DNA of 64,000 nt, from assembly GCA_038087875.1 (NCBI GenBank), contig CM075987.1, positions 20,708,001-20,772,000 of the forward strand, written 5' to 3'. This document shows positions 25,649-38,300 of the stretch, piece by piece. Each line of letters starts with the position of its first letter. Position 1 is the stretch's first letter. Both the position numbers and the translations under genes were made by a program. The notes under the pieces are model-generated. The model was given only the letters and a program-made list of their open reading frames with translations, had not been told where the DNA came from and ran no database searches. The stretch is from Malacoraja senta (taxonomy: Eukaryota).

Positions 25649-28206
25649 CAGCTGATTGTTTCAAGCAGATAACCTGCCATCAAACTTGAAAACCATGAAA
25701 AATCAACTAATTCAAAAGAATCAGAACAAAAAAGGTGTTCAGTTAAAGAAAGATTAAGCTTCAGTTAAATTCGACCAATTCTTCATCCAGTTTTATCTCA
25801 CTGATGTTGATTTCACAAAAATTATGGTTCTCTTTGATTTTTATTATCTCCTCTCACGAAGGATATTAACTTGGCTGTTCTTTCCAGTGGAGCTGATGAA
25901 GCTGCCACCGATATAAACAGGTTTTCCAGTTGTTCTCTGTGCGGTTTCATACAAATCAACCACCATCTTTCTGCCAAAATTCTGGTGCACTTAATGACAC
26001 TAATTTTTCAGCAGCGAGTTACAATGCACTGACCTCTACCTGCTCTTGTTTTATTTAAATATGCAAGTCTTATAATTTGCCCAGTTTTGGTGAACAGGAT
26101 ATTTTTTTGAAAATTTATCACATTTTCAGATGGATGTCAATTTTGTAACGATACCGAAAAATATTTGGCAGCTTCAGACTGCAGGTCTTTAAAATGCAGC
26201 TGGGTTGCTGTCTGTTCTTTGTCTAGTGGTCTCAGTTGTTTCCGAATAGCACATGTAATTAATTGGCTCATCTGAAGACTGACTTTTGTGTTGTCAACAA
26301 TTTCAAGAGAACGCATGTGGATTGTTCACATGGCACTTCTGATTTACTGATATATCTTGTCATCGGAGTCGATTCAGCCCATCAGGTCTGATCTACCTTT
26401 CACAGAATGAATCCATTAGTCCCATTCCCCTCATTTCTCCTGTAATTCTGCAACTCATTCTCCCTCCCATACTCATACATTCCCCAAATTTGGTTCTTTT
26501 GCTATTGACCTATTCTAAAGGCACAATTTACAGCAGCCAATTAACCTAACAGCACATCTTTGAAGTGTGGAGGGAAACTGAAGCACGTGGCAGAAGCCCA
26601 CATACACTGGGAGAACAAGCAGACTCAAAAGAGAACCTCAGCTCAAGGTCAGACCCAAGACCCTGGAGCTGAGAGGCAGCAGTTCCAACTACTGTGCCAC
26701 CAGGCCATTGTGTGGGCATCATTGTCTTAGCACTCACGTGCTGAGATTAGGGGCATTGTGAAGCTGCTTTCTGCCGTTAGCTGTGAAATCGGAGGAACCG
26801 TTGACTGACATTTCAAGTCAGTTGTGATGTGGGGAAGTGTGTAGGTAAGAATTGAAAATTTATAAATCCAGTTCTAATAGTTCTGCAGTGTAAAAAATCT
26901 TGCTCCTGGAAAGCTCTTTTCATGCAGAATACCAGGATGGAACTCCTGACTTGACAGTAATGAGAAAAGTGCTGATTTTGAGTTTATAGATTGTGATGCA
27001 TGCTTCTTCTGCAGCTACTGATGCCTCTGGTCTAATTCTGCTTGATGATACTAATTCGACCTCCCTTAGGCGTAGAATGGAAGACACAAGCACACAAGTT
27101 GTCAGGAGGATAAGGGAACCAGATTTAGCAATAGGAATGAATAGAATTGGCTGGCTGATGACTTCCTGAAACGGAACTAAAAATGTATTAGTATAAAGGA
27201 GAGGCTCCCTCTTTCACATATATTGAGGTACTGCACACAGGGAACTTACTTTTAAATATTGGCCCCAAGATGTGCAATATTTTTTCAGGAACGATACAAA
27301 CATTTGCACAGAATATCTCATCAAAGGAATAGAATGATAGGTCACTCAATCCCTCATGCTTATTCTTCCAATTATTAGACCATAAACCAAAATCCAGTTG
27401 TCCATGTAATAACCAGAGTTTGCAACTTGAACGGCATTATTACAGCTTGGTTATGTATATAGAATGGTCTTTGTGCTGTGGTTCTGAGCGCAAAGTGGAG
27501 CAGTAGAGGTGTGTACAGGGTCCCAGCCTTCCAGTGTACTTTTTGTGAAGAGGTCCAACTTACTTTCCAGTAGGGGACCAGTGTGTTCAAAGCCATCAAG
27601 AGATATTCTGGAAGTAATATTATTTATTTTTTTTGGAGTGGGAAACGATAGGTCTTTAAAACTACCACCAAGTGGACAGAACCAGTTCCAATTGGATGGT
27701 CAGTATTTTTAATAGCTTTGAGACAAAGGTAAAATGAGAACGACTAGGTGAATAAAATGAACTCAATGAGGGCCTAAAGGCAGGCAAGGAAAATTAAGTG
27801 GCGAATGGGTTGGGATTTTTGGCATCATATTCAGCACAAACATTGTGGGCTGAAAGGCCTGTTCTTGTGTTGCACTGTTCTATGTACGATTCAGGGGTGA
27901 TTGACGTATAATGCAGAAGCCAACCAATGCATAAAATAGAATAAAATGTACATTTCATGAGTTCTCTCAAGTCATGATAAATTAATGTAGGACTATGATT
28001 GCACATTATGCAATATGTCACTCAGAGAGCATATGCAGATACTCGTTTAAGAAAGAACTGCAGATGCTGGAAAAATCGAAGGAAGACAAAAATACTGGAG
28101 GAACTCAGCGAGTGTGGCAGCATCTATGGAAAGAAGGAATAGCCGACATTTTGGGTCGAGACCCTCCCTCCGTTTGCTCCCCCAACACCCAAAAATATTG
28201 GCTCAC

Positions 28207-28378
28207 CCAAACCCTCCGGCACTAGCAGCTGCTGTTCCTTCACCAAACACTTTGCTTCCTGAAGAACCCATTGGAGATAAAAAGCCTGGTGCCCCACCAA
28301 ACGCTGGTGATCCACCGAAGGATGGGCCACCCCCGAACGCTGGAGGACTTCCAAACACTGGAGCAGCGCCAAAACTAC
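28207..28378 (-). CDS. NUP214: NUP214 exon (172 nt): [16 protein letters not shown]...[16 protein letters not shown]
   Basis: Acceptor ttctgctcag, donor gtgagc; near-identical to the vertebrate NUP214 C-terminal FG region. Confidence 0.97.
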
Positions 28379-28999
28379 CTGAGCAGAACAGAAGAGCGAG
28401 ATATCACGATGGAGGAATTACAAGACATAATCATTCCATTACCAAACTATTCCATATAAAACAGTGGGGATGGCATGCAGCAGAATGGATGCTCTGGCAC
28501 AGGCAGGATGATGGGAGGTAAAGAATGAGTTATGGATGAGGTCAAAATGACAAGGGAAGTGTCAAAGGAAGAATCAAATATCTCAGGACTGGGATCTTGT
28601 GTTGACAAATTTAAAATATTCATGTAAATTATTTACTAGACAATTTTTTTGTGGTTATTTCAAAAATATCAGTCAACAAGATTTTTCTCAATGATTTGAT
28701 TAGAATTAGAATTCTATTATAGGCAGTGTCTTTCAAACCACTTTCCAATCCCAAGCAAAACAGAGCATTTCTCCAAGATGGTTGCGTGGAATACAGCATG
28801 GAAACAGGACCTTTGGCCCATCAAGACCATGTCGACCAGCAATCGCCCATACACTATTTCAATCCTACACGAGGGACAATTTACAGAAGCCAATTAACCT
28901 ACAAACCTGCACTTCTTTAGAATTTGGGAGGAAATCAGAGCCCCCTGGAGAAAACGCACGCAGTCACATGGAGAATGTGCAAAGTCTATATAGACAATA

Positions 29000-29305
29000 G
29001 ACAATAGGTGCACGAGTAGGCCATTTGGCCCTTCAAGCGTGAAGACATTCAATGTGATCATGGCTGATAATCCCCAATCAGTACCCCATTCCTGCCTTCT
29101 CCTCATATCGCCTGACTCCGCTATTTTTAAGAGCCCTATCTAGCTCGCTCTTGAAAGCATCCAGAGAACCTGCCTCCACCGCCCTCTGAGGCAGAGAATT
29201 CCACAGACTCACCACTCTGTGAGAAAAAGTGTTTCCTCGTCTCCGTTCTAAAAAAAGTGTTTCCTCGTCTCCGTTCTAAAAATGTGTTTCCTCGTCTCCG
29301 TTCTA
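29000..29305 (-). mobile_element. CR1 3' end with a triple ~26-bp tandem duplication (29222-29305)
   Basis: CR1 tail text; aaaaagtgtttcctcgtctccgttcta repeated three times. Confidence 0.8.
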
Positions 29306-29481
29306 AGGCTGTATAGGCAGCACCCGTAGTCGGGAATGAACCCGGGTCTCTGGTTCTGTAAGGTAGCAACTCTACAGCTGCGCAACTCTGGTCTTTCATT
29401 ATATTCCCAAAAACACAGCCTCCTCTTCCATCGATCGCCTTTCTGGAAGATGCCACCATGCCTCAAACGACCCATCCTAAC

Positions 29482-29637
29482 CTGCAGGTTTTGCTGGACT
29501 GGAAAAGGAGCCAAATCCTTGGGCGGCAACACTGGATCCAGCACTGAACGAGCCTGGAGACTTCTGATCTGATCCAAAAGTGGCAGGGTTAAATCCAAAC
29601 GCCTTAGCACCACTGTTGCCAAACAGATTGGGTGAAT
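29482..29637 (-). CDS. NUP214: NUP214 exon (156 nt): [14 protein letters not shown]...[16 protein letters not shown]
   Basis: Acceptor ctctttacag, donor gttagg; conserved NLFGNSGAK. Confidence 0.95.
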
Positions 29638-32600
29638 CTGTAAAGAGCATACACATCATCAGAGCTACAAATCAAACCCACTTGGCATCATTCTCCAAAT
29701 TTATATCCTATCATATATTTTGTCCAACTGATTTCAGCAGATCTCACTATTGGTTTGTGATTTAAGAGACAGGATAGTTTTGCTAGCTCTGTGCCTTTCC
29801 CCTTTTAACCTCCCTGCTGAATGACAGGTAATTTCACACAGTAGGACTTTTCAAATGGGGAGTGAGGCCTAATATGATAATTTGATTTTCACTGGATGAA
29901 CTTACAATTTCAAATAGTTTTAAGCCCTAGGTGTCAGGTGTTATCTGAACGTTGGTGCTTCCATCAATATGAAAATACGTTAAGTGGCAGGCTAGAATAT
30001 GTACTTACAGCCTTGAAAGCAAAATATAATGGATCCAAAATCTTCTTTGTTTCTCTCTCCCTGCTGTCTGATCTGCTGAGTATTTCCAGTATCTTGTTTC
30101 CATTTCAAACTGTCAACATTAGCAGTTTTTAAATATTTTCAACTACAAAGGGCTACGGGTAGACTACATGAATGGACAAAGATCTGGCAAATGGAGAACA
30201 CAATGCAGTTATATCAGATATTGTCCTTGTTGGTAGGAAGAATAAAAATGCTTTTCACCCAAGATGTGACAGGAACAGAGCTCTGAGATGCAGGGGATCC
30301 AAGTACCGCAATTTGCAGAAGCTAATATGTGGGTACAGCAATTAATTACCAATGTAACTTTATATTTCCCAGGAAATTGGACACAAAATTATGCTTCATA
30401 TTTCATTTTATAGTGATTAGTCATGAAACCACATCAGAACACATTGGTTGCATTATTTAAACAGGTTAAAGTAATACCAAAAAATTGAAAGAAGATTTAC
30501 TGTACTAATATCTGGAATGGATGTTGTCTTGAAAGGAAAGTTTGGACGACCTGCGCTTGCTTTATTTACTAGAATTTTAAAAGGTGGGGGGGGACATGTT
30601 TCAAATAGACAAGTTCCTGAGGGATTTTGACAGGGCAAATGTGGAGATGATGCTTCCTCTTGTGGGAGATCCCAGAAGTAAGGGGTTACTGTTAAAAATT
30701 AAGGGTCTGAGATAAGTCCATTCAATTATTTTTCTCTATCAATCGTCCAGGAGTCTTTGAAATTCTTTTCCTCAGAGGACTGTGGAAGCAGGCTTTCAAT
30801 ATTTCATACGGACATAAGCAGAATTAGGCCATTCGGCCCATCAACTCCACTCCGCCATTCAATCATGACTGATCTATCTCTCCCCTCCTAACCTCGAACC
30901 ATTCTCCTGCCCATAACCTCTGACATCTGTACTAATCAAGAATCTATCTATCTCTGCCTTAAAAAATATCCACTGACTTGGCCTCCACAACCTTCTGTGG
31001 CAAATAATTCCACAGATTTACCATCCTCCGACTAAAGAGACAATGGCAGATGGATTCTAGATAAGGTGAAATATTATTTGGATAGGCAGGAATGCAGAGT
31101 TGAGGTTATGTTCAGATTAGCCATTATTTTATTGAACATTGGAGCAGGCTCAGAGTGAAACAGCCTTTTCCTGTTCCTAATTTATATGCAATTTTGAAGC
31201 AGCATTACTAAATTATAGATTACTTGCCACTTTGAAATAAATTAAGCATCTCCAGTTTTCAATACTGTATCATTGGCAGCCAACATGGAAAATTGTCCAG
31301 TTGCAGTCTGTTCAATGTAACTTCCGCCAAATTGTCCTCCTCTCAATTATGCACAAAGTGTTAATACACCCCACACCAATGCCAACTTTGGGGTTTTCCA
31401 TGACAACTTGGCACCAGAACTCATCACATTCTTGATCCAAACGTGGAATAGAGCTATATTCCAGATGTGAAGCGAGAATGTCCGTCTTTGACCAAGTTTG
31501 ACATCGAGAGCCCTGATATTGCTGTTGTCAATGGAGTCAGGCTTTATCCATGGGGGAAAATGATTACAGCTTTTGATGGGCAAAAGTTACTCAGGGCATT
31601 ATGTCGGAACTGACTATTTTCAGCAGTATCAAAGACCCTGCTTCCACAAATCTGAAATGAGAATGTTTTTTGAGGTTGCACCATGCTCTACTCCATTCAG
31701 AATTTATTAGCAAATGATGCAAAACAAAAAGGCCAAAGCTTTCCTTTCCTCAGAAAACGGCTGATCCTTTGTCCCAGACCCATTTTCAAGCATCAATCCC
31801 AAAACGACAACTCCCTTAACATTTACAAATCTATCAATCTATCTTGAGCATACTAACTGAGACTCCACAACTCCCTTGGATAGAGAATTACAAAAGTTCA
31901 CTCCCCATGGCAATTTTTCTTCTCATCTCTGTCCTGAATTGTTGACCCTACATTTTGAGGATGAACCCAAATTTTACACATTCCAAGAAACACAAGGATA
32001 GATTTATGCAAAAAGAAAAAGATTAGTAAAATTTAATGCAAGGCACTGAGATTGAAGAAATTATATTAGTGACTAAGAGAAATTGTTTCTGTTTTGACTA
32101 AGGACACAAAACCAATACCTGGAAATTGTGATGTACTACAAGTCTTGTCTAAATGCAGCATTCAAAGAAATTAGAATTTTAATAAAACTCTATTCATCTG
32201 AAATGCTCGGAACTTTTATAGTGCCAGACAAGCTGATTTTCCAGAATACTATATGTTATTCTCATTAATAACCCAACCCACTTCAAAAACTTCCACTGCG
32301 GAATAACAAATTCACCAGTGAACCCAGTAAAGGAAACTTAGGAACTAGGGCCCTGGTAAGTGAAATGGAGTGCAGGAGCCAAGACCCCACTAAGTGAGGC
32401 AGATACTGAACCATTGGGATTTTTGAATAGAGCAATAGCACACAGAGTATTATTGTATTTTTTTTTTTAAGTAGCACCGGAAAAATTAACAGGGAAAGAG
32501 AGCTGTTAAATCCATGGAATACGATGACCAGCATCCTTGCAGTTTAAAAGAGGCCGCTATAGAAATAGTAGATGTATCAGATGTCACCGTCCAAAATTCC

Positions 32601-33089
32601 ACTGGAATTTAATTTGGGAAATTATGAGGTAATGCACTTTGGCAAGAAGTGTCAAAAGATGGATTATTTTCTAAACGGAGTGAGACTGCAAATGAGTGAC
32701 ATTCAGAGGGATCTGGGTGCTCCAGTGCATGACTTACTAAATAAATGGGAGCAGAGTTAAGCATCCAAGAAAGGATAATTGACAAGGATTGATAAACCCA
32801 CAACTTTTAATTTATATAGCATCGCTGATAAAAGTGGATAAGATTTAGCCAAGATTGCTGCTTTTGGCAAATGTTTAAATGGGTAGTCTCTAAAACATAC
32901 AGAACAAGACACAGGATCAAACCAAGTTACAAGTACAATTTTTCTCATTTTTATCATAAGCTATCAGTTAAAAAAAACTTTATTTCTACAGCTATTTGCA
33001 CAATGTCCAAAAGTGTAGTCACAGTTCAATATGAAACACAGTCAATTTGTGTCCAGACAGCTCTGACAAAAAGTTACGAGAAAATGCCA

Positions 33090-33310
33090 TAATGATTTAT
33101 TTGATAATGTTGGTTGAGGAGAAATGCAGAGAAAAGTTGCTAGCTGCTTTAAATAATACAATATGACCTTAAAAATCCATTCAAGAGTCCAGGTATGCCT
33201 TGATTTAGTGTTTCATCTAAAAGATGGCACCTCGAACATTTAGCACAACGTCACCTTAGAATTTGTCCTCAGATGGCTGGATTGGAAATTTAAGCCGACA
33301 ACATTCAGAA
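33090..33310 (-). mobile_element. DeuSINE-like remnant
   Basis: ttgatttagtgtttcatctaaaagatggcacctcgaaca resembles the reverse complement of the Deu-domain core. Confidence 0.5.
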
Positions 33311-33952
33311 TTGCCTGAGGGACCCTCGGACAATCTTTGATCGGACTTTACCTTGCATTAAATGTTATTCCCTTATCATGCATCTGTACACCGTGAATGA
33401 TTCGATTGTAATCATGTATTGTCTTTCCACTCGCGGGTTAGCACATAACAATAGCTTTTCACTGTACTTCAGTACATGTGACAATAAACTAAACTGAACG
33501 CTTCTTCTACGGGTACTGATCTACACCTTCAATTGGGGACTAGTTTATAACCTCAATCTGGAACTTCTTATCCAAGTTAGCCTTTCAACAACTACGTCAC
33601 AAACTTGCAATATTTCGTGAGGTAGATTGAAGGGCTGGATCGTACTCAAGCTGATGAGAGGACCTTTCAGTTGCCTGATAACAGCTGGGAATAAACTGTC
33701 CCTGAATCTGGAGAAATGCATTTTCAAACTTCTGTACCTCTTACTTGATGAGAAAGGGGAGAAGAGGGAGTGAACAGGGTGACACTGGTCCTTGATTATG
33801 CTGGTGGCCTTGCTGAAGCAACATGAAGTGTAAATGGAAGGGAGAATGTCCTCAAGCAAATTAATCAGATCAGCTACATTAACACACAAATTCTGAATAC
33901 CAACTCCCTCCCTTGAACCATGCAAGTCCCCAAGACAAAAACTTTAACTTAC

Positions 33953-34085
33953 TTGGAGAGTCAACGGTTCCAAAATTTATTTGACCAAATGGATTTTTAG
34001 CAGCTGCATCCAGGTTTGGCTTCCCTCCCAGTCCACTGAAGAATCCAGCCCCAGCACCTGAGCCAAAGACTGCTCCCTTAGGACT
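33953..34085 (-). CDS. NUP214: NUP214 exon (133 nt): SPKGAVFGSGAGAGFFSGLGGKPNLDAAAKNPFGQINFGTVDSP
   Basis: Acceptor aattccacag, donor gtaagt; conserved FFSGLGGKP...KNPF. Confidence 0.96.
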
Positions 34086-35146
34086 CTGTGGAATTAAGGA
34101 ATAGCGATAATTCAGCAAACACCCCTTCCATCTTTTGACAAATTAATCTAGCAATAAAATTTATACAGCAGAAATGTTTATAGCCACGAGATATCAACTG
34201 GTCACAGATGCTCAAGTGCAATGCGAATACTTAAAATTTCACACCGAGCCACAAAGTAATTTTAGAACAAATGGGCAATAACGTAGAGACATGGAGCAGG
34301 AAGAAGGTAGAGATCGGAGAGATTGGGAGGGGTACTCCAGAGAAAAGGTTAAAGGCAGCTGAAAATTCAGTAGCCAAGCCTGGTACAAATAAATCCAAGT
34401 GCTTGTACTTGGGGAACTCAAATTCGTGAAGGATATTGGAAATTTGAGAAGGGGAAACCAAAAACCATAGAGGAACCTGTAAAGAATGATGAGAATTTTC
34501 AAACAGTCATCGCTAAACCAGGAGCCAAAGTAGGTCATTGGTCACATAGTGTTAGGATTCAGGAAACAGTTTTAAATAAGTTGCTATACATTAGGTATAG
34601 CAGAAAGTTCTAATCAAGATCTTCTCTTGCAACGACCCATCAGCAACACCAGCACAGCAATCAAGAAATAGAACATTAGTAAATAGGAAGACGCGCGGAA
34701 GTAAATAGGTTTCAGACTTAATGGTACAAAAGACCACAAAATTATTTGACTTTATAGATAGATATGCCTTTATTGTCATTCAGACCGAAGTCTGAACGAA
34801 ATTGCAGCAGTCATACATATAATACAATAAAAACAACAATAAACACATATTAACATCCACCACAGTGTCCACCCAGCATCTCCTCACTGTGATGGAGGCA
34901 AAAGTCTTAGGTCTGCAGTCTCTTCCCTCCTCTTCCCCCTCTGCGCTGAGGCGATACCCCCCGGGCAATGTTATAAATCAGTCCCGCGGCTCAAACACCG
35001 CGGCCCGGGGTGGTCGAAGCTGCCGCCCACCAGTCCTGCAGACGCAGCCACTGGCCCGCGGCCGAACCCCGGACTCAGGCCACCACCGCCAGAACACCGT
35101 CCCAGCCACCCTCACGTGAGTACCGTGCTGTCTTCAGCCTCGGGCT

Positions 35147-35412
35147 GGGCCGCCCCGACATGGGCGCCGAACCTCCCCCGGGCCGGGCCGCCCCGACATG
35201 GGCGTCGCTTCTTCCCCCGGCCGGGCCGCCCCGACTTGGGTGTCGCTTCTCCCTCTGGCCGGGCTGTCCCGACTTGGGCGTCGCTTCTCCCCCCGGCCGG
35301 GCCGCCCCGACTTGGGCGTCGCTTCTCCCTCTGGCCGGGCTGCCCCGACTTGGGCGTCGCTTCTCCCTCCGGCCGGGCCGCCCCGACATGGGCGCCGAAC
35401 CTCCCTCGGGCT
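35147..35412. repeat. GC-rich minisatellite, 7 x 38 bp
   Basis: Units gggccgccccgac(a/t)tgggcg(t/c)cg...ggcc with an exact 38-bp period. Confidence 0.95.
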
Positions 35413-35554
35413 GCGAGCGCCACACCTCCCCGAGCTCGGCCGCTCCAAATTATATGCCACATTGCTTTACATTGCATCCACATATGCTTAAGTTCACTTT
35501 AGACATATTGCAAGGGATACGAGAGGAGAAGTCAGCAATTTCAACTTCAACCGT

Positions 35555-35647
35555 GTAGGAAGAAACTGCAAATGCTGGCTTACACCAAAGATGGACACAA
35601 AATGCTGGAGTAACGCAGCAGAACAGGCAGCATCTCTGGATAGAAGA
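35555..35647 (-). mobile_element. Truncated copy of the Penelope-derived short element with 12-bp TSD
   Basis: aacttcaaccgt at 35543-35554 and 35648-35659. Confidence 0.8.
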
Positions 35648-36262
35648 AACTTCAACCGTCATTTACATGATCAGTCCAGTTGTCATTATAGTTCTGTGAT
35701 GGTAAAACTCTTGCCTAGTTAGCACTGCATCCCTTAAAATACAAATGCACACTTAATGAAGTGCAATTCTCAGACTGAACACACTGCACTAAGTGGATCT
35801 TATCTAGAGCCTTACATAATGAGTCCCCATCCTCCGCTGAACAAGGCCAATAGTCTATAGTCTTCATTTTCTTTTAACATATCTACTACTTAACCCCTTT
35901 GGTACGTTAAACGCCTTAACCTCTGAGCTGTTAGCTATTTTTCATTTGCCAATTTTTTTTGCAAACCAAACCTGTTGAGTTACTCAAGCACTTTGTGTCT
36001 TATTTTGTAAATCAGCATCTGCAGTGCCTTGTTTCTATGTTTCACGTCTCGACAATGAATGACAGATATGAGCCGAAATCTCTAATGTTAATCCCATTTC
36101 TCTCTAAAGTTGATGTCTGTCTTATTGATAAATCCAACAATTTACATTTTGTTTATAGATTTTCACCAATTCTTTTCTGCTCAGGAACCTTGTGATTTGA
36201 TGACCAGCTCCAGTATGACCGGGATTCAACTTGGCTGGGTTTCAAAGTTTACAGATCTTTAC

Positions 36263-36324
36263 CTGACCAAATACGGCGCTGGAGCTTGCAGGCTGACCAA
36301 ACACAATCGGAGAAACACCAAAAC
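36263..36324 (-). CDS. NUP214: NUP214 exon (62 nt): GFGVSPIVFGQPASSSAVFGQ
   Basis: Acceptor gtcactcttag, donor CAG|gtaaag; FG repeats; phase 1-0. Confidence 0.92.
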
Positions 36325-36709
36325 CTAAGAGTGACAAGAAATGGTATTTCAGAGAGGAAATTCAATTCACAAAGGCAATATAAACTTAATTGCAAATGGT
36401 TGAAACACAGGCTAAAACTTACTTAGTAATAAAGCCGTAAGCTTATTTGGGTTATTTACTATGTCATTCTTTTATATTGGCATTTGGGTAGATATGAATT
36501 ATGCAGTGTAGAAGACAACCACAGCAGGTCTCTGAGGGAAAAAATCCACTTCCTTGATCTCTTCCTCTCCCCTCCCCCCATCTTGAAAATCTTCTCCTTA
36601 TGGTAATTATTCCACTTCCTTTTGAAGCATACAATCAATTACCCTTTCAGACATTGCAATCAGTCATTATCAATCTTCAACAATTATTTTAAATTATTGT
36701 CTGTACACC

Positions 36710-37319
36710 TCACTGTACTGGATTTTATCCTTAATTGCATGTTTTTGAAGTTGTGTTTGAACTTATTTGACACAATTTCATCAATTCAGCAGTGAAAACA
36801 GTTGATGAAAGGTTTTGCCTATTCACTCAGGAAGATATGTTCAACACTTCTATTAAATCCCCCCTTAACTTTGCTCCAACCTCAGCTTCTAAGGCATTGC
36901 CACATACATTAAATTGTTCAAATTCGTGGTGCCATTCTCATAAATAAATAAATATACTCTTCATGGCCCAGATATCCTTCCTAGAATAATGTTTACAATT
37001 GGATGCATCCACCAATAGTAAAGATGACATAGGACCTGTGCATTTAAATAAAATTATCATTCTACTTTGGATTCTTCTTTAATTAACATAAATCCAAACA
37101 TAACAGTAAACAAACTGAAAGAATATTCACTATGGCTTGTGCTTTTGAACATTGATGCGTGTGAACTGTACCCTGGAAATACATTAAAATATTTTGTGCT
37201 ACAATATACCTTCCAGCAGATTTAACTGTTTTTTCACTGCTGAATTGACGAAATTGAGCCAAACAAGTTCAAATACTACTTCAAAAACATGCAATTTAGG
37301 ATAAAATCAAGTACAGTGA
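36710..37319. repeat. ~95-bp inverted repeat pair (36710-36803 / 37224-37319)
   Basis: The second arm's reverse complement matches the first at roughly 85-90% by eye. Confidence 0.9.
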
Positions 37320-37384
37320 CAATTTTGCCTTGTCTTTCTGAAGAGTTGAACCAAGGCAATCTACTCTCTCTCTCTCTCTCAAGA

Positions 37385-38300
37385 AGAAGATTTGCTACGA
37401 TGTTGCCTGGCCTTAAGGGCCTGACCGATAAGAGAGAAATTGTAAGGACTCTACTTCTTGGAGTGCAAGAGGATGACAGGTGATCTTATAGCGGTGTACA
37501 AGATTATGAGGGGAATAGATAGGGAAGATGTAGAGTAGGGGAAATCAAGAACCAGAGGACATAGGTTTAAGGTACGAGGGTACAGATTTAATAGGAATCA
37601 GAGGGGGATTTTTTTTAATTTTTTAAACAGAGGGTCGTGAGTATATGGAATGGGCTGCCGGATGAGGAAGTTGAAGCAGAAACTACAGCAACATTTAAAA
37701 GACATTTAGACAGGTACATGGATAGGAAAGTTTAGAGCAGCATTTCTCAACCGGGGTTCCCTGGAACACAAGGGTTCCGCGAGAGGTCGCTAGGGGTTCC
37801 GCGAGAAATAGTGATAAATAGGCTAATCATGTGTAAATGCATTTGAGTCATTTCAAAATCTTGTGATGTTAACAGGGTTTATGTCATCTTTTGGTAATGA
37901 TAAACGGTAGCAAGGCGTTCATCCATTCCACATACAATACACAAAACAGATTGCAGCAACACCGCCTTGGAATTTTACATTTTTAAAAAGCTCTCGGGTT
38001 TAATGTGCTCTGCAGAATGATTGGAGTCGTTTATCACTTGATTCCTCCGAGACAAAAACAATTTGTTAACTGCCACTGTTAACGCTTGTTAACTGTCACT
38101 GTTATACGATGTGTCACCAATACATTGATTATGCATTCCTCAGTAAATATAATTGTGTTTTGACCTTCCGCAGGGGTCAAAAGGTTGAGAAACGCTGGTT
38201 TAGAGGGAGATGAGCCAACATGGGCAGATGGAACGAGTATAGATGGGGCACATGGGCAAGCTGGGCCGAGGGGCCTGTTTCTGTGCTGTTAGACTCTAAA
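37385..38300 (+). mobile_element. CR1 LINE 3' end, split by a hAT MITE
   Basis: CR1 text (aggtgatcttatag..aagattatgaggggaatagatagg...gagggcctgtttctgtgctg) resumes exactly after the MITE. Confidence 0.85.
37738..38197. mobile_element. hAT (Charlie-like) MITE, 460 bp
   Basis: TIRs CAGCATTTCTCAACC / GGTTGAGAAACGCTG (14/15 match); 8-bp TSD GTTTAGAG at 37730-37737 and 38198-38205. Confidence 0.92.

Noticed and set aside
28114-28521. 135-aa + strand Pro-rich ORF
   Set aside because: Antisense of the 172-nt FG exon fused to repeat sequence
35147-35412. CRISPR-like array of hairpin repeats; overlapping Arg/Pro/Gly-rich ORFs
   Set aside because: The units are contiguous with no unique spacers, there are no cas genes, and the context is a vertebrate intron. 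The ORFs result from GC-rich tandem sequence lacking stop codons.
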